DNA of 64,000 bases from Actinomycetota bacterium (GCA_046732895.1 JBKPNZ010000024.1:2943-66942); one strand, 5' to 3'; numbered from the stretch's first letter, positions 33,588 through 46,044 are shown. The notes: generated by a model not told the origin, from the letters alone. Numbers and translations are program-made.

Positions 33588-35240
33588 TTAGGTAACCGCG
33601 ATCATCCGGCCCACCGAGGGGACGAGGATGCCGCGACGCCCGACCTGGACCCGCCTCAGGACAAAGAGCAGGTAGGGCCCGGGAGGGGCAGCACACCGGT
33701 CGCTCGGCCCGCCGATCGTGAGCTCGCCGCCGCTCGCCTCGCCGTCGAAGAGGACGACGCACCGCTGGTTCTGGTCGAAGGAGTGGGTCATCGAGCCGAG
33801 TCCCATCAGCGTCACGCCGTGGATGGGACCGTGCTCGAAGCCGATCTCGTAGGGCGTGGAATAGGTCATTTGCGATGAGGCAGAGGCGATCGCCGGGCGA
33901 TCCCTGTCGGCAAGGATCGACAGGTAGGGCGGCGAGTAGAAGCGCACGTCGGGGCGCTCGCGAGGGCCGCGACGGTGGCGGCGCAGCTCGGACTCCCCGC
34001 TGCCGGTTATGACCCGCCCGTCGGGCACCAGGAGCGCAGTGTTGTGGTAGCCGCGCTGGCCCCCATCCGGCCAGGGGGCGTCGGTAATGATCGCCTCGGT
34101 GACCGGGTCGATGATCTGCGCTCGGCGCGGATCTCCCGGGTTGCCGCCGTCCCCGTTGACCACGAGCACCCGGGCATCCGGCAACAGCACCGCCGCGGGA
34201 TGTGCACGGGCGATTCCGGTGTCGATCGTGCGCCAGCGATCCCGCTGGGGGTCGTAGATGTGGGCTCGCGACGCCAGCTCGACGTTGCCGGTGCCATCCT
34301 CGGTGCCGGCACCGATGACGAGAATGCGGCCGTCCGCGAGCAGCGCACTCGATGCCCCGGCAGCCGGTCTGCGGCCGCCGGCCGTCGGGCGGCGGCCGTT
34401 GGGGCGCGAAACGAAGCGGTCGCCGTCGGGACGGCCGGTGTAGCTGAGGAGGTAGACCCGCCCGCTCTGGCCGAGCATCGCCACCTGGTGCGCCCGGCCG
34501 GCGACGAGGACCGGGCGCGGGAGCAGGAAGCTGTGCGTGTAGTCGGCGCCGGTGGGAGAGACGTCGGGAACATCGCGATGGGGGACGAGGAGGCTCCACG
34601 GCTCCGCGTCGCTTTGTGGGTCGTAGACCTGAATCGTTCGATTCTCGGTCTCGCCCCAGTCGCTAAAGCCGGAGATGACGAGCATCCTCGCGTCGGAGAG
34701 CCGGGTCGCGGTCGGATACCAGGCGGGGCCCCCGATTATTCGCTGATCGACCGGCGACCACACACCACCCTCGCCGCTACGCGAGTCGAAGAGCAGCGCG
34801 TACTCGAGCCCCGACTCGGGAGGCTTGCGCTGTCCGCCGACGTAGAGGGAGCGTCCATCGGCGAGCAGGGAGTGCCCGGCGCAGAACAGGCTGTCGCCGT
34901 CGCCGCGCATCGGGAGATCCATCCTGTCGACCGGCCCGATCGAGCCCGGCGCAGCCGGGTCAAAGGCGAAGTTGACGACGCCGCCGGCCGTATAAGCGCG
35001 ATCGGTCGCGCCGGTGATCAGGACGCGACCGGAGGGCAGCAGCGAGGCGTGGACGGGGGCGATGCCGTCCATGCTCAAAAGCTCACCCCAGGACCCGGCG
35101 GTGGGATCGGCATCCCGTAGCGGAGCCGGGGGCGTGGTGTCCCCCGGCGCCAGGTAGCGCCACCCGAGCACGACCCCGCCGACCGCCGCGCCGCCGCCGA
35201 TCAGGAGACTGCGGCGACTGACGCGTCCCGAGAGCGGCAT
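33588..35240 (-). CDS. Tat-exported galactose-oxidase/glyoxal-oxidase-like protein (kelch-type propeller + DUF1929-like C-domain)
   Basis: 550 aa. Twin-arginine motif VSRRSLLIGGGAAVGG and repeated propeller-like segments. The C-terminal IHGVTLMGLGSMTHSFDQNQRCVVL...PPGPYLLFVL is typical of the GlxA/glyoxal oxidase C-domain. Confidence 0.7.
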   Translation of the reverse strand: MPLSGRVSRRSLLIGGGAAVGGVVLGWRYLAPGDTTPPAPLRDADPTAGSWGELLSMDGIAPVHASLLPSGRVLITGATDRAYTAGGVVNFAFDPAAPGSIGPVDRMDLPMRGDGDSLFCAGHSLLADGRSLYVGGQRKPPESGLEYALLFDSRSGEGGVWSPVDQRIIGGPAWYPTATRLSDARMLVISGFSDWGETENRTIQVYDPQSDAEPWSLLVPHRDVPDVSPTGADYTHSFLLPRPVLVAGRAHQVAMLGQSGRVYLLSYTGRPDGDRFVSRPNGRRPTAGGRRPAAGASSALLADGRILVIGAGTEDGTGNVELASRAHIYDPQRDRWRTIDTGIARAHPAAVLLPDARVLVVNGDGGNPGDPRRAQIIDPVTEAIITDAPWPDGGQRGYHNTALLVPDGRVITGSGESELRRHRRGPRERPDVRFYSPPYLSILADRDRPAIASASSQMTYSTPYEIGFEHGPIHGVTLMGLGSMTHSFDQNQRCVVLFDGEASGGELTIGGPSDRCAAPPGPYLLFVLRRVQVGRRGILVPSVGRMIAVT

Positions 35241-35371
35241 TCAGGTCGAGTCTAGGGGCACGTAGATGGCCGAAACCAGCGTGACGGCCCGAACGCTCCC
35301 GGCCGGTGGGGCCAGAGGATTCTGCCGAGGAGCTCCTCCATGAGAAATGGCTCTGTCAAGCCCAAGTCGAA

Positions 35372-35394
35372 ACGCCCCGCACGTTGCGGGGCGT
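35372..35394 (-). terminator. Hairpin terminator downstream of 35454..35813
   Basis: ACGCCCCGCA-CGT-TGCGGGGCGT perfect stem, followed by TTTCGACTT on the minus strand. Confidence 0.6.
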
Positions 35395-35453
35395 CTCGGG
35401 GTACAGGGAGGAGAGATATGTGTTTTTTGTCTGTGTGAGGTAGGTCGGTTCTG

Positions 35454-35813
35454 TTAGGCGCTGCGGGCGGCGCTGAATCGCGTCATTGCGGTCAGCGTCA
35501 CCTGGGCGGCGCCGATCCCGACCAAAAAGATCGCTTCGCTCACTGCGTCCGTGGCAATTCCGAGCCCGATTCCGGTTCCGATCGCGAGCACCGACAGCAT
35601 GTAGTCGAAGCCGGCGTGCGCGGAGAGGGGCATCGTCCGGAGCGGGCTCTCGACCTGGAGCGCGAGGGTGAGGAGCAGGGCTCCGAAGGCGACCGCGACG
35701 ACCGTCGCGAGCGCGCCGAAGCCGAGCAGGAAGGGCACGGCCATGATCGCCGGCGCGGCGAAGACCTCGATTGCGCCATGCACGGAGACCGGGATGCCAC
35801 GGGTGAGCGTCAT
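35454..35813 (-). CDS. Small integral membrane protein (about 4 TM), unknown family
   Basis: The in-frame ATG at 35813 (MTLTRGIPVSVHGAIEVFAAPAIMAVPFLLGF...) gives 119 aa. The protein is hydrophobic throughout. Confidence 0.6.
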   Translation of the reverse strand: MTLTRGIPVSVHGAIEVFAAPAIMAVPFLLGFGALATVVAVAFGALLLTLALQVESPLRTMPLSAHAGFDYMLSVLAIGTGIGLGIATDAVSEAIFLVGIGAAQVTLTAMTRFSAARSA

Positions 35814-35923
35814 TACGACATCAGAATACGAACGTATGTGCGCTTTGTGTGTGACTGGGATCACAGAGGAAGCCCGGGAAGATCGCTGCGAGCGGGAATC
35901 CGGTCGCGCTGTACCTTTGCCGC

Positions 35924-36712
35924 ATGCCGCAGCGCCGCATCGACACGCTTTTGGCCGAGCGCGGGCTTGCCGGATCGCGCACTAGTGCCGCGCAGTCGGT
36001 GCGAGCCGGGCAGGTGCGCATCGGCCGCGACGGGCCGGTGGCGCAGAAGCCGAGTCAGCTCGTCGCCGAGGACGCCGATCTGATCCTCGCCGGGGAGCGT
36101 CCCTACGTCTCGCGCGGAGGAGTGAAGCTGGCGAACGCACTCGATGCGCTTGACATCGACGTCGCCGGGCGCGACTGCCTGGATGTGGGCGCCTCGACCG
36201 GTGGCTTCACCGACTGCCTGCTTCAGCGCGGCGCAACGCGCGTGATCGCCCTTGACGTCGCCTACGGCCAGCTGGACTGGCGCCTGCGAAGCGACGACCG
36301 CGTGACGGTCGTCGAGCGCACCAACGCGCGGGCGCTCCGCTCAGAGGATCTCCCGTTCGAGCCGCAGCTCGCGACAATCGACGTGTCGTTCATCTCGCTC
36401 GCCAAGGTCCTGCCGGCGGTCACCGCCACGCTGCGAGCAGACGGCCAGGTGCTCGCGCTCGTCAAGCCCCAGTTCGAGCTTGCGCCGGAGCGGGTCGGCA
36501 AGGGCGGGGTCGTGCGCTCGTCCGATGCCCGCCGCGAGGCGCTGCTGGGGTCAGCGGCCGCCGCCGAGGCGTCTGGCCTCGCGGTCAAGGGCTTCGCCTC
36601 GTCGGGCCTACCGGGGCCGAAGGGCAACCGCGAGACGTTCCTGTGGGCGGCGCGAGGTGGGGAACCGCTGGCGGACCTCGAGGCGGCCGCACGAGAGGTG
36701 GAGCCGGGATGA
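35924..36712 (+). CDS. tlyA: TlyA family rRNA (cytidine-2'-O)-methyltransferase
   Basis: 262 aa. S4-like N-terminus (RIDTLLAERGLAGSRTSAAQSVRAGQVRI) and an FtsJ-type SAM motif (DVGASTGGFTDCLL). tlyA-nadK-recN order as in mycobacteria. Confidence 0.88.
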   Translation: MPQRRIDTLLAERGLAGSRTSAAQSVRAGQVRIGRDGPVAQKPSQLVAEDADLILAGERPYVSRGGVKLANALDALDIDVAGRDCLDVGASTGGFTDCLLQRGATRVIALDVAYGQLDWRLRSDDRVTVVERTNARALRSEDLPFEPQLATIDVSFISLAKVLPAVTATLRADGQVLALVKPQFELAPERVGKGGVVRSSDARREALLGSAAAAEASGLAVKGFASSGLPGPKGNRETFLWAARGGEPLADLEAAAREVEPG

Positions 36713-37587
36713 GCCTCCGCACCGTTGCCGCCCCAACGGCCATTCAGACGGTGGTCCTGATGACGCACTCCGACGCGCAGGACACGGCGGATGCCGTTGC
36801 CGCGGCGGCAGCGGCAGCCGAGCGCAGCGGCTGCAGGCTGCTCGGGGACCCGGAAGAGCTCACCAAGCACGCCGACGTGGCGCGGGGGATCGAGCCGCTC
36901 GACGGCCTTCCGACGGCACCGGATCTATGCCTCGTCCTGGGTGGAGACGGGACGCTGCTCCGGGCCCTGGGCCGCTTCGCCGATGCCGAGGTCCCCGTCT
37001 TCGGCATCAACTACGGCACGATCGGCTTCCTTGCAGCCGCCGAGCGCGACGCCCTGGATCAGGGTTTGGAGCTCGCCCTCTCCGGCAGCTTCGAGGTCGT
37101 GCAACTACCCGGCCTGGATGCCACCGTCCACGGCACAACCAAGCTCGCCCTCAACGACGTCTCGTTCACGCGGCAGCCGCACGGGCGGGTCGCGGAGCTC
37201 TCCTACGCTCTCGGCGGGCAGGAGGTCGGGCATGTCCGCTGCGACGGGCTCGTCGCCGCCACGCCGACCGGATCCACCGGGTACAACCTCGCGAACAGCG
37301 GGCCGATCCTGGCTTGGGGGGTGGAGGGGTACGTCGTAAGCTTCGTTGCTCCGCACACGCTTACGGCTAGAGCCCTGGTGGTCGCACCGGACGACGTCCT
37401 GCACGTCCGCAACGAGGGCCGCCGCGACGCGGTCGACATCGCGCTCGATGGCGAGCGCGAGGGTGAGCTCCAGCCCGGGGAGGAGATGGAGGTGCGCTTC
37501 CGCGACATCGCCGGTCGGCTTGCTCAGCTCCCGGGCTCGAACTTCTACCGGCGCATGCGCGACAAGTTCGGCCGCCTCGCGTACTGA
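36709..37587 (+). CDS. nadK: NAD kinase
   Basis: The in-frame ATG at 36709 forms an ATGA overlap with the tlyA stop. GGDGTLLRA and NYGTIGFL motifs are present. Confidence 0.9.
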   Translation: MSLRTVAAPTAIQTVVLMTHSDAQDTADAVAAAAAAAERSGCRLLGDPEELTKHADVARGIEPLDGLPTAPDLCLVLGGDGTLLRALGRFADAEVPVFGINYGTIGFLAAAERDALDQGLELALSGSFEVVQLPGLDATVHGTTKLALNDVSFTRQPHGRVAELSYALGGQEVGHVRCDGLVAATPTGSTGYNLANSGPILAWGVEGYVVSFVAPHTLTARALVVAPDDVLHVRNEGRRDAVDIALDGEREGELQPGEEMEVRFRDIAGRLAQLPGSNFYRRMRDKFGRLAY

Positions 37588-37592
37588 GCCGG

Positions 37593-38051
37593 CTAGCCCG
37601 TCAGGAGCTTTCGCAAGAGACCGGCAAGCTGCTCCCGCTCGTCGCCCTCGAGGGGGGCGAGAAGGCGGCGCTCGGCGCCGGAGAGGGCCCGCTTCGCATC
37701 GGCCAGCCACGCCCGCCCGGCGTCGGTTGCCTCGAGCGCATAGGCGCGACGGTCGGCGGGGTTGCGCCGGCGCACGACGTAGCCGCTCGACTCGAGCTCA
37801 TCAACGATCGCGACCATCGTGGTGCGGTCGACTCGCATCGATTCGCCGAGCGCCTGCTGCGAGATCGGCCCCTCCGCGGCGATCACGGTGAGGCAACCGA
37901 AGTGCTTGACCGTCAGCCCGATGGGCGCGAGGACCTCAGTGGCCAGCTCGTGCGCGCGGTTGTGCGCCTTGGCGAGCAGAAATCCCGGATGGGACGAGAG
38001 GCTCTCGGGTAGCGGGGGGGGCGACGAGGTCGACGAGGCGGGGGCCGGCAT
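37593..38051 (-). CDS. MarR family transcriptional regulator
   Basis: 152 aa. Winged-helix core (LTVKHFGCLTVIAAEGPISQQALGESMRVDRTTMVAIVDELESSGYVVRRRNPADRR). Divergent from an MFS pump gene. Confidence 0.88.
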   Translation of the reverse strand: MPAPASSTSSPPPLPESLSSHPGFLLAKAHNRAHELATEVLAPIGLTVKHFGCLTVIAAEGPISQQALGESMRVDRTTMVAIVDELESSGYVVRRRNPADRRAYALEATDAGRAWLADAKRALSGAERRLLAPLEGDEREQLAGLLRKLLTG

Positions 38052-38071
38052 GCTCGGTATGTTATAAGGCT

Positions 38072-38094
38072 GATCGTCAGCGGTGCTGACGATC
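38072..38094. promoter_or_regulatory. Perfect 10-bp inverted repeat, candidate MarR operator
   Basis: GATCGTCAGC-GGT-GCTGACGATC in the 78-nt marR/MFS divergent intergenic region, next to TATGTTATAAGG (-10-like). Confidence 0.5.
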
Positions 38095-38129
38095 CCATTT
38101 CAGTCATCCACAGGAAGACGGAGGTTCGT

Positions 38130-39668
38130 ATGGCGCGCAAGTGGTGGACGTTGATCGCGGTCTGTGTGGCGACCTTCATGTTGCTGCTCGACATCACGAT
38201 CGTCAACGTTGCCCTGCCGTCGATCCAGTCGGACCTCGACGCGAGCCTGTCGAGCCTGCAGTGGGTCGTGGATGCATACGCGCTCACGCTCGCTTCGTTC
38301 CTGCTCGTCTTCGGCTCGCTCGGTGATCGCCTCGGACGCCGGCGCATCTTCGCCATCGGCTTCGGAGTCTTCACGCTCGCCTCGCTCCTCTGCGGCCTCG
38401 CGAGCGACCCGACTGTCCTCAACCTCTTCCGCGGTCTGCAGGGCGTTGGCGGTGCGGCGATGTTCGCCACCTCGCTCGCCCTCATCGCGCAGGAGTTCGA
38501 GGGTCGTGAGCGTGCGAAGGCGATCGGCATCTGGGGCGCGACGGTCGGTGGCGCCGTGGCGGTCGGGCCGCTCGTCGGCGGCCTGATCACCGACGGCCTG
38601 GGCTGGGAATGGATCTTCTTCGTGAACGTCCCGATCGGGATCGCGGCGATCTTCCTCACGGAGACCCAGCTCGCCAATGTGGCGGCGACCGACCCGCAGC
38701 CGATCGACTGGGCGGGCGTCGTCACCTTCTCCCTCGCCCTCTTCGGCCTGATCTTCGGCCTGATCCGAGGAAATGCTGAGGGATGGGGGAGCGCCCAGAT
38801 CTTGATTTCTCTGATCGGCGCCGCCGTGTTCATGGCGGCCTTCGTCGCGATCGAGGCGCGACGCGAGAACGCGATGCTCGACCTGTCCCTCTTCCGGGTG
38901 TCGTCGTTCGGAGGAGTATCGATCGTGGCGTGGGCGCTCTCGGCGTCGATGTTCGCGCTCTTCCTCTACATCACGCTCTACATCCAGGACGTGCTCAACT
39001 ACTCACCGCTCGAGGCCGGGGTGCGATTCCTGCCCGTCACCGTCGTCTCCTTCGTCGTCGCGCCTGCCGCGGCGAATCTCTCCGGCCGCATTCCGGTGCG
39101 AGTGCTCATGGGCGTCGGGCTGATCCTCGTCGGCGTCGGTCTGCTCCTGATGCACGGAATCGAGCTGGGCGACAGCTGGACCGGCCTGCTCCCTGGGTTC
39201 CTCGTGGCCGGAGTCGGGATCGGGATGACAAACCCGATGATCGCCGAGACCGCACTCGGCGTCGTGCCGCCGGCGCGGGCCGGGATGGCGTCGGGGATCA
39301 ACTCGACGTTCCGCCAGGTCGGGATCGCGACCGGTGTGGCGGCCCTTGGCGCCATCTTCCAGTCGCAGATCGCCTCGAAGCTCGCGGAGCTTGCTCCCCA
39401 GGCGCCCCCGCAGGCCGCGGATGCGATCTCGTCGGGAGCCATCGAGCAGGCTGTTCAGAGCGCGCCGCCCCAGGCCCAGGACCAGGCCATTGACGCCGCG
39501 AACAGCGCCTTCCTCAGCGGTTTCAACGAGATCATCCTGATCGGCGCGCTGGTTGCCATCGCCGGCGGGATCCTTGGGCTCGTGCTGGTTCGTCAGCGCG
39601 ACTTCGTCGGCGCTCCGCAGCCGCAGGCCGAGGAGGCGCGCGCGCCCGAGGGCGTACCGGCCAGCTGA
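38130..39668 (+). CDS. MFS transporter, DHA2 (EmrB/QacA, 14-TM) family
   Basis: 512 aa. MARKWWTLIAVCVATFMLLLDITIVNVALPSI N-terminus and motif A GSLGDRLGRRRIF. Confidence 0.88.
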   Translation: MARKWWTLIAVCVATFMLLLDITIVNVALPSIQSDLDASLSSLQWVVDAYALTLASFLLVFGSLGDRLGRRRIFAIGFGVFTLASLLCGLASDPTVLNLFRGLQGVGGAAMFATSLALIAQEFEGRERAKAIGIWGATVGGAVAVGPLVGGLITDGLGWEWIFFVNVPIGIAAIFLTETQLANVAATDPQPIDWAGVVTFSLALFGLIFGLIRGNAEGWGSAQILISLIGAAVFMAAFVAIEARRENAMLDLSLFRVSSFGGVSIVAWALSASMFALFLYITLYIQDVLNYSPLEAGVRFLPVTVVSFVVAPAAANLSGRIPVRVLMGVGLILVGVGLLLMHGIELGDSWTGLLPGFLVAGVGIGMTNPMIAETALGVVPPARAGMASGINSTFRQVGIATGVAALGAIFQSQIASKLAELAPQAPPQAADAISSGAIEQAVQSAPPQAQDQAIDAANSAFLSGFNEIILIGALVAIAGGILGLVLVRQRDFVGAPQPQAEEARAPEGVPAS

Positions 39669-39714
39669 GCTCCTGTCGCGGGGGTGAATCCGTCCACGCC
39701 CGTCGCTAGAACGG

Positions 39715-41403
39715 GTGCGGATGCTGCTGGAGCTGCGGATCGAGAACCTGCTCGTGATCGAGCGGGCGGAGCTTCGCTTCGGCGAGGGGCTGAACGCGAT
39801 CACCGGCGAGACGGGGGCGGGCAAGACCGTGCTCGCACACTCGCTGGACCTGCTGATGGGCGGGCGCGCGCGTCCCCAGATCGTGCGCCCGGACGCCTCG
39901 GAGGCATACGTCGAAGGCGTCTTCGCGGTGCCGGAGGGCCTGCTGGAGGACCCCGAGCTGTCCGAGATCGCCGCTCGCCTGCCTGAGGAGGCGACGGAGC
40001 TCGTGCTCGGCCGGCGAGTCGGGCGGTCCGGGCGCACCAGCGCCTTCGTCCAGGGCCGCTCAGCCTCAGCGGCCGACCTGCAGGCGCTGGGGGCGCGGCT
40101 GCTCTCGTTCTACGGCCAGCACGAGCACCGCAAGCTCACGCTTGCCTCGGCCCAGCTCGAGGTACTCGACGGGTTCGTCGGCGCCGAGCAGCTGGAGCGG
40201 CGGCGGGCGTATCGCGAGCAGCACGCCATCGTCAACGCGCTCGAACGCGAGCTCAGCGATCTGCGCGAGCGGGAGGGCGCACGCGAGCGAGACCTCGACC
40301 TCCTTCGCTTCGAGCTCGCAGAGATCGAGGCGGCGGCGCCAGACCCGGCGGAGGCCCAGGAACTTGCCGGGGAGCGCGAGCGGCTCCGTCATGCCGAGGC
40401 ATTGCGCCAGGCCGCCGGCGGGGTACTGGAGGCGATCTCGGGCGGAGATGACGATGCGGCAGCCGTCGGCTCCCTGCTCGCGGCGGCAGATGGGGGACTT
40501 GCCGCCGTTGCCGGGGTCGACGCTGCTCTCGATGAGCTTGCCGAGCGGCTGCGGGCCGTAGCGGTCGAGCTCGATGACCTCGCCAGGGGCACACGCTCCT
40601 ACCTCGATGGGATCGACGCTGATCCGGAGCGCCTGCAGGCCGTCGAGGAGCGACTTGCGGCGCTCGACCGCCTCGAGCGCAAGCACGGGGGAACGATCGA
40701 TGCGGTGCTTGCCCATGCGGAGCGCTGCCGCGAGGAGATCGAGCGGCTCGAGAACGCGACCGAGCTGGCGGTGGAGATCGAGGCGCGTCTCGCAGCCGCG
40801 GCCGATACCAGAGCGGCCTTGGCGGCGTGCCTCGGCAGCGCACGACGCAAGGCGGGGAAGGGCCTCGCGAAGAAGGTGGAGTCGGAACTCGAGCAGCTCG
40901 CGATGGATGGCGCGACCCTCCAGGTGGAGCTGGAGCCGCACCCGGACGGCTTCGGAGCCGCCGGCTCCGAGCGGGTCGAGCTCCTCGTGACCACCAATCC
41001 GGGGATGCCACCCTCGCCGCTGCGCGATGCGGCTTCGGGCGGCGAGCTCTCGCGCGTGATGCTCGCGCTCACAGGGCTCGCCTCCGGCGGCGGCTCCCCG
41101 ACGCTCGTCTTCGACGAGATCGATGCCGGCGTCGGGGGTAAGACCGCGCGTGCCGTCGGTGAGCGCCTTCGGGGCCTGAGCGAGGCCGGCCAGGTGATCT
41201 GCATCACGCACCTTCCGCAGGTCGCCTCGCAGGCCGCAGCGCACTTCAGGATCACGAAGTCGGTCGTGGCGGGAGCGACTCGCGCCGACGTCGAGCGGGT
41301 GGACGGCGAGGACCTCGTTGCGGAGATCGTGCGCATGCTTGGCGGCGAGCGCGGCGATGAGGCCGCGGACCGCCACGCTCGCGAACTGCTCGCAGCCGCC
41401 TGA
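39715..41403 (+). CDS. recN: DNA repair protein RecN
   Basis: 562 aa. Walker A GETGAGKT, a long coiled-coil middle, and a C-terminal SGGELSRVMLAL signature with LVFDEIDAG. The start could be GTG 39715 or ATG 39721. Confidence 0.92.
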   Translation: MRMLLELRIENLLVIERAELRFGEGLNAITGETGAGKTVLAHSLDLLMGGRARPQIVRPDASEAYVEGVFAVPEGLLEDPELSEIAARLPEEATELVLGRRVGRSGRTSAFVQGRSASAADLQALGARLLSFYGQHEHRKLTLASAQLEVLDGFVGAEQLERRRAYREQHAIVNALERELSDLREREGARERDLDLLRFELAEIEAAAPDPAEAQELAGERERLRHAEALRQAAGGVLEAISGGDDDAAAVGSLLAAADGGLAAVAGVDAALDELAERLRAVAVELDDLARGTRSYLDGIDADPERLQAVEERLAALDRLERKHGGTIDAVLAHAERCREEIERLENATELAVEIEARLAAAADTRAALAACLGSARRKAGKGLAKKVESELEQLAMDGATLQVELEPHPDGFGAAGSERVELLVTTNPGMPPSPLRDAASGGELSRVMLALTGLASGGGSPTLVFDEIDAGVGGKTARAVGERLRGLSEAGQVICITHLPQVASQAAAHFRITKSVVAGATRADVERVDGEDLVAEIVRMLGGERGDEAADRHARELLAAA

Positions 41404-41432
41404 ACCGCCGGATTTCCGCATAATCGCCGGGG

Positions 41433-42623
41433 ATGGCCCCGGTTCGCACCCGAAGCCGCTTCCTGCTGCGCAGGCGTGCGGCGAGCCCGCCGCAGCCGAC
41501 CGCGCCGATCCAAGGCAACGCTCGCCTGGGCCGGAGGACAAAGGATCTCGTCAAGCGGCTCGGACCCGGCGACATCGCGATCATCGATCACGCGGATCTC
41601 GACCGCATCGCGGCCGAGGACCTCGTGGCATGCGGCGTGCGGGCGGTCGTCAACTGCTCGGCCTCGTCGACCGGCCGATATCCGAACGCGGGACCGCTCA
41701 TCCTCGCCCGGTCGGGTGCACGCCTGGTCGATGCGCCGGATGCGCCGCTCTTCGACGCGCTGCGCGACGGCGATGCGATCGTCGTCGATGGTGGCGTCGT
41801 GCGTCGGGGGGGCGAGGTCGTGGCCGAGGGCAGGATCCTCGGCGCGGATGAGCTGCGGCGACAGCTCGACGAGCAGACGAGGCGCATCGACGCTGCGCTT
41901 GCCGCCTTCGCCGAGAACACGATGACTCACGTTCGCGAGGAGGGTGCGCTCCTCGCCGGGCAGCTGGAGCTTCCCCGGACGCGCACGAGCTTCCGCGATC
42001 GCCACGTGCTGATCGTCGTTCGCGGGCGCACCTACCGCCAGGACCTGCGCGCGCTGCGTGCGTACATTCGCGACGTGCGGCCGATCTTGATCGGTGTCGA
42101 CGGCGGGGCGGACGCGATCATCGAGGAGGGCCTCGAGCCTGACGTCCTCCTGGGCGACATGGACTCGGCGACCGACGCCGCGCTTCGCTCGGGAGCCGAG
42201 CTGATCGTTCACGCGTACCCGGATGGGCGGGCGCCCGGGCGCGAGCGCCTGCAGGAAATGGGCGTGCCACACCTCGTCGTGCCCGCACCGGGCACGAGCC
42301 AGGACCTCGCGATGCTCCTCGCGTACGAGAAGGGCGCGTCGCTGCTCGTCAGCGTGGGGGCGCACTTCAACCTCGTCGAGTTCCTCGACAAGAACCGCGC
42401 GGGCATGTCGTCGACGTTCTTGACGCGCCTGCGGGTGGGCGAGACCCTCGTTGATGCGAAGGGGGTGAGCCGCCTCTACAACCCTGGCCCGAGCGGTCGG
42501 CAGCTGGGACTCTTCCTACTTGCCGCGCTCGTCGCGATGGTGATCGTGGTGCTCACCTCGCAGCCTTTGGCGGACCTGTTCGACCTCCTCTGGCTGAAGA
42601 TCAAGCTTCTTTTGGGCCTCTAG
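41433..42623 (+). CDS. steA: SteA-like protein (actinobacterial Rv1697 family)
   Basis: 396 aa. KRLGPGDIAIIDHADLDRIAAEDLVACGVRAVVNCSASSTGRYPNAGP resembles the Rv1697/SteA N-terminus. It has a C-terminal TM and the conserved position after recN. Confidence 0.75.
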   Translation: MAPVRTRSRFLLRRRAASPPQPTAPIQGNARLGRRTKDLVKRLGPGDIAIIDHADLDRIAAEDLVACGVRAVVNCSASSTGRYPNAGPLILARSGARLVDAPDAPLFDALRDGDAIVVDGGVVRRGGEVVAEGRILGADELRRQLDEQTRRIDAALAAFAENTMTHVREEGALLAGQLELPRTRTSFRDRHVLIVVRGRTYRQDLRALRAYIRDVRPILIGVDGGADAIIEEGLEPDVLLGDMDSATDAALRSGAELIVHAYPDGRAPGRERLQEMGVPHLVVPAPGTSQDLAMLLAYEKGASLLVSVGAHFNLVEFLDKNRAGMSSTFLTRLRVGETLVDAKGVSRLYNPGPSGRQLGLFLLAALVAMVIVVLTSQPLADLFDLLWLKIKLLLGL

Positions 42624-42629
42624 CCACCG

Positions 42630-43507
42630 ATGGGGTACTCCGCCCGCTACCACGTGGCCTCGCTTGCCGCCGTCTTCCTGGCGCTGGCAGTCGGCATCCT
42701 GATCGGCGCCGGGCTCGGGGACGACCTCGTCCGCACGAGCACTGAGAACCTGGAGGCGAGCCTGAAGGGAGACCTTTCCGACGCCCGAGACCAGATCGCT
42801 GACCTAGAGCACGAGCTCGGGCAGGAGCGCGAGTTCTCCCAGGCCGCCTATCCGGCCCTGGTCGGCCACCAGCTCGAGGGCGAGCGGATCGCTGTGGTTG
42901 CGTTCGGCGGGCTCGACGACAACCTTGGCGAGAACCTCCGTGACGCCCTCGCGCCCGCCGGCGCCAGGATCGCCCAGGTGGCGGTGATAAGCGAGCCGCC
43001 CGATTCCCACGCGATCCTGGATGCGGCGGGGAAGCGGTTCACTCGCGGCAAGGAGGGCGCGGGCGAGCAGCTCTCGGTCGTGGCGAAGCGGGCCGGACGC
43101 GACCTGGTGAGCGCCGCTCCGCTTTATTCGCGTGTGCGGGAGTCCCTTCTGTCGGGATTCAGCGGCGACGTCAAGCCGGTCAACGGTGTGATCGTGGTGC
43201 GCTCGCGGCCGTCAGGGCTCGACGGGCACGATGAGACGGCAAGCGGCCGGATCGAGGACGGGATCATCGATGGGCTCGCCGCGAGCGGGGTTCCCGTGGT
43301 CGGGGTCCAGCGCACCGACACCGACCCGTCGTCGGTGGGCTATTTCGAGTCCCGCGACATCTCGACGGTGGATGACGTCGACCTGGTCGCCGGGCAGGTC
43401 GCCTCGGTTTATGCGCTCGCAGGGGCCGAGGGCAACTTCGGCGTGAGCGGGAACGCCGATTCGCTGCTGCCGGAGCCGCTGGGCGCCGAGTCCGGAACGA
43501 GCGGTCG

Positions 43508-43511
<4 letters not shown>
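42630..43511 (+). CDS. MctB-like copper transporter family protein
   Basis: 293 aa. N-terminal MGYSARYHVASLAAVFLALAVGILIGAG TM and a coiled coil. It occupies the same position as mctB between the recN-adjacent gene and pyrG in mycobacteria. Confidence 0.65.

Positions 43512-46044
<2,533 letters not shown>

Noticed and set aside
33373-33591. Small ORFs in the spacer after the galactose-oxidase-like gene: plus-strand 72 aa (33373..33591), and the tail of the minus-strand frame 33406..(33590) reading ...DELGHEVDVTIAELIGMIPEREPDRWGLSDRDAV....
   Set aside because: The two share codon boundaries on opposite strands. Neither shows the strong GC3 bias of real genes here. No convincing start codon or SD is present and no family was recognised. 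The stretch may be a gene remnant, but I cannot support a call.
38014-38021. A G8 homopolymer inside the marR gene, and a G7 run at 5296-5302 in the PilX-like gene, considered as phase-variation switches.
   Set aside because: Short G/C runs are expected at this GC content. They encode Pro-Pro-Pro and Gly-Gly in plausible positions, and there is no evidence of length heterogeneity in a single sequence.
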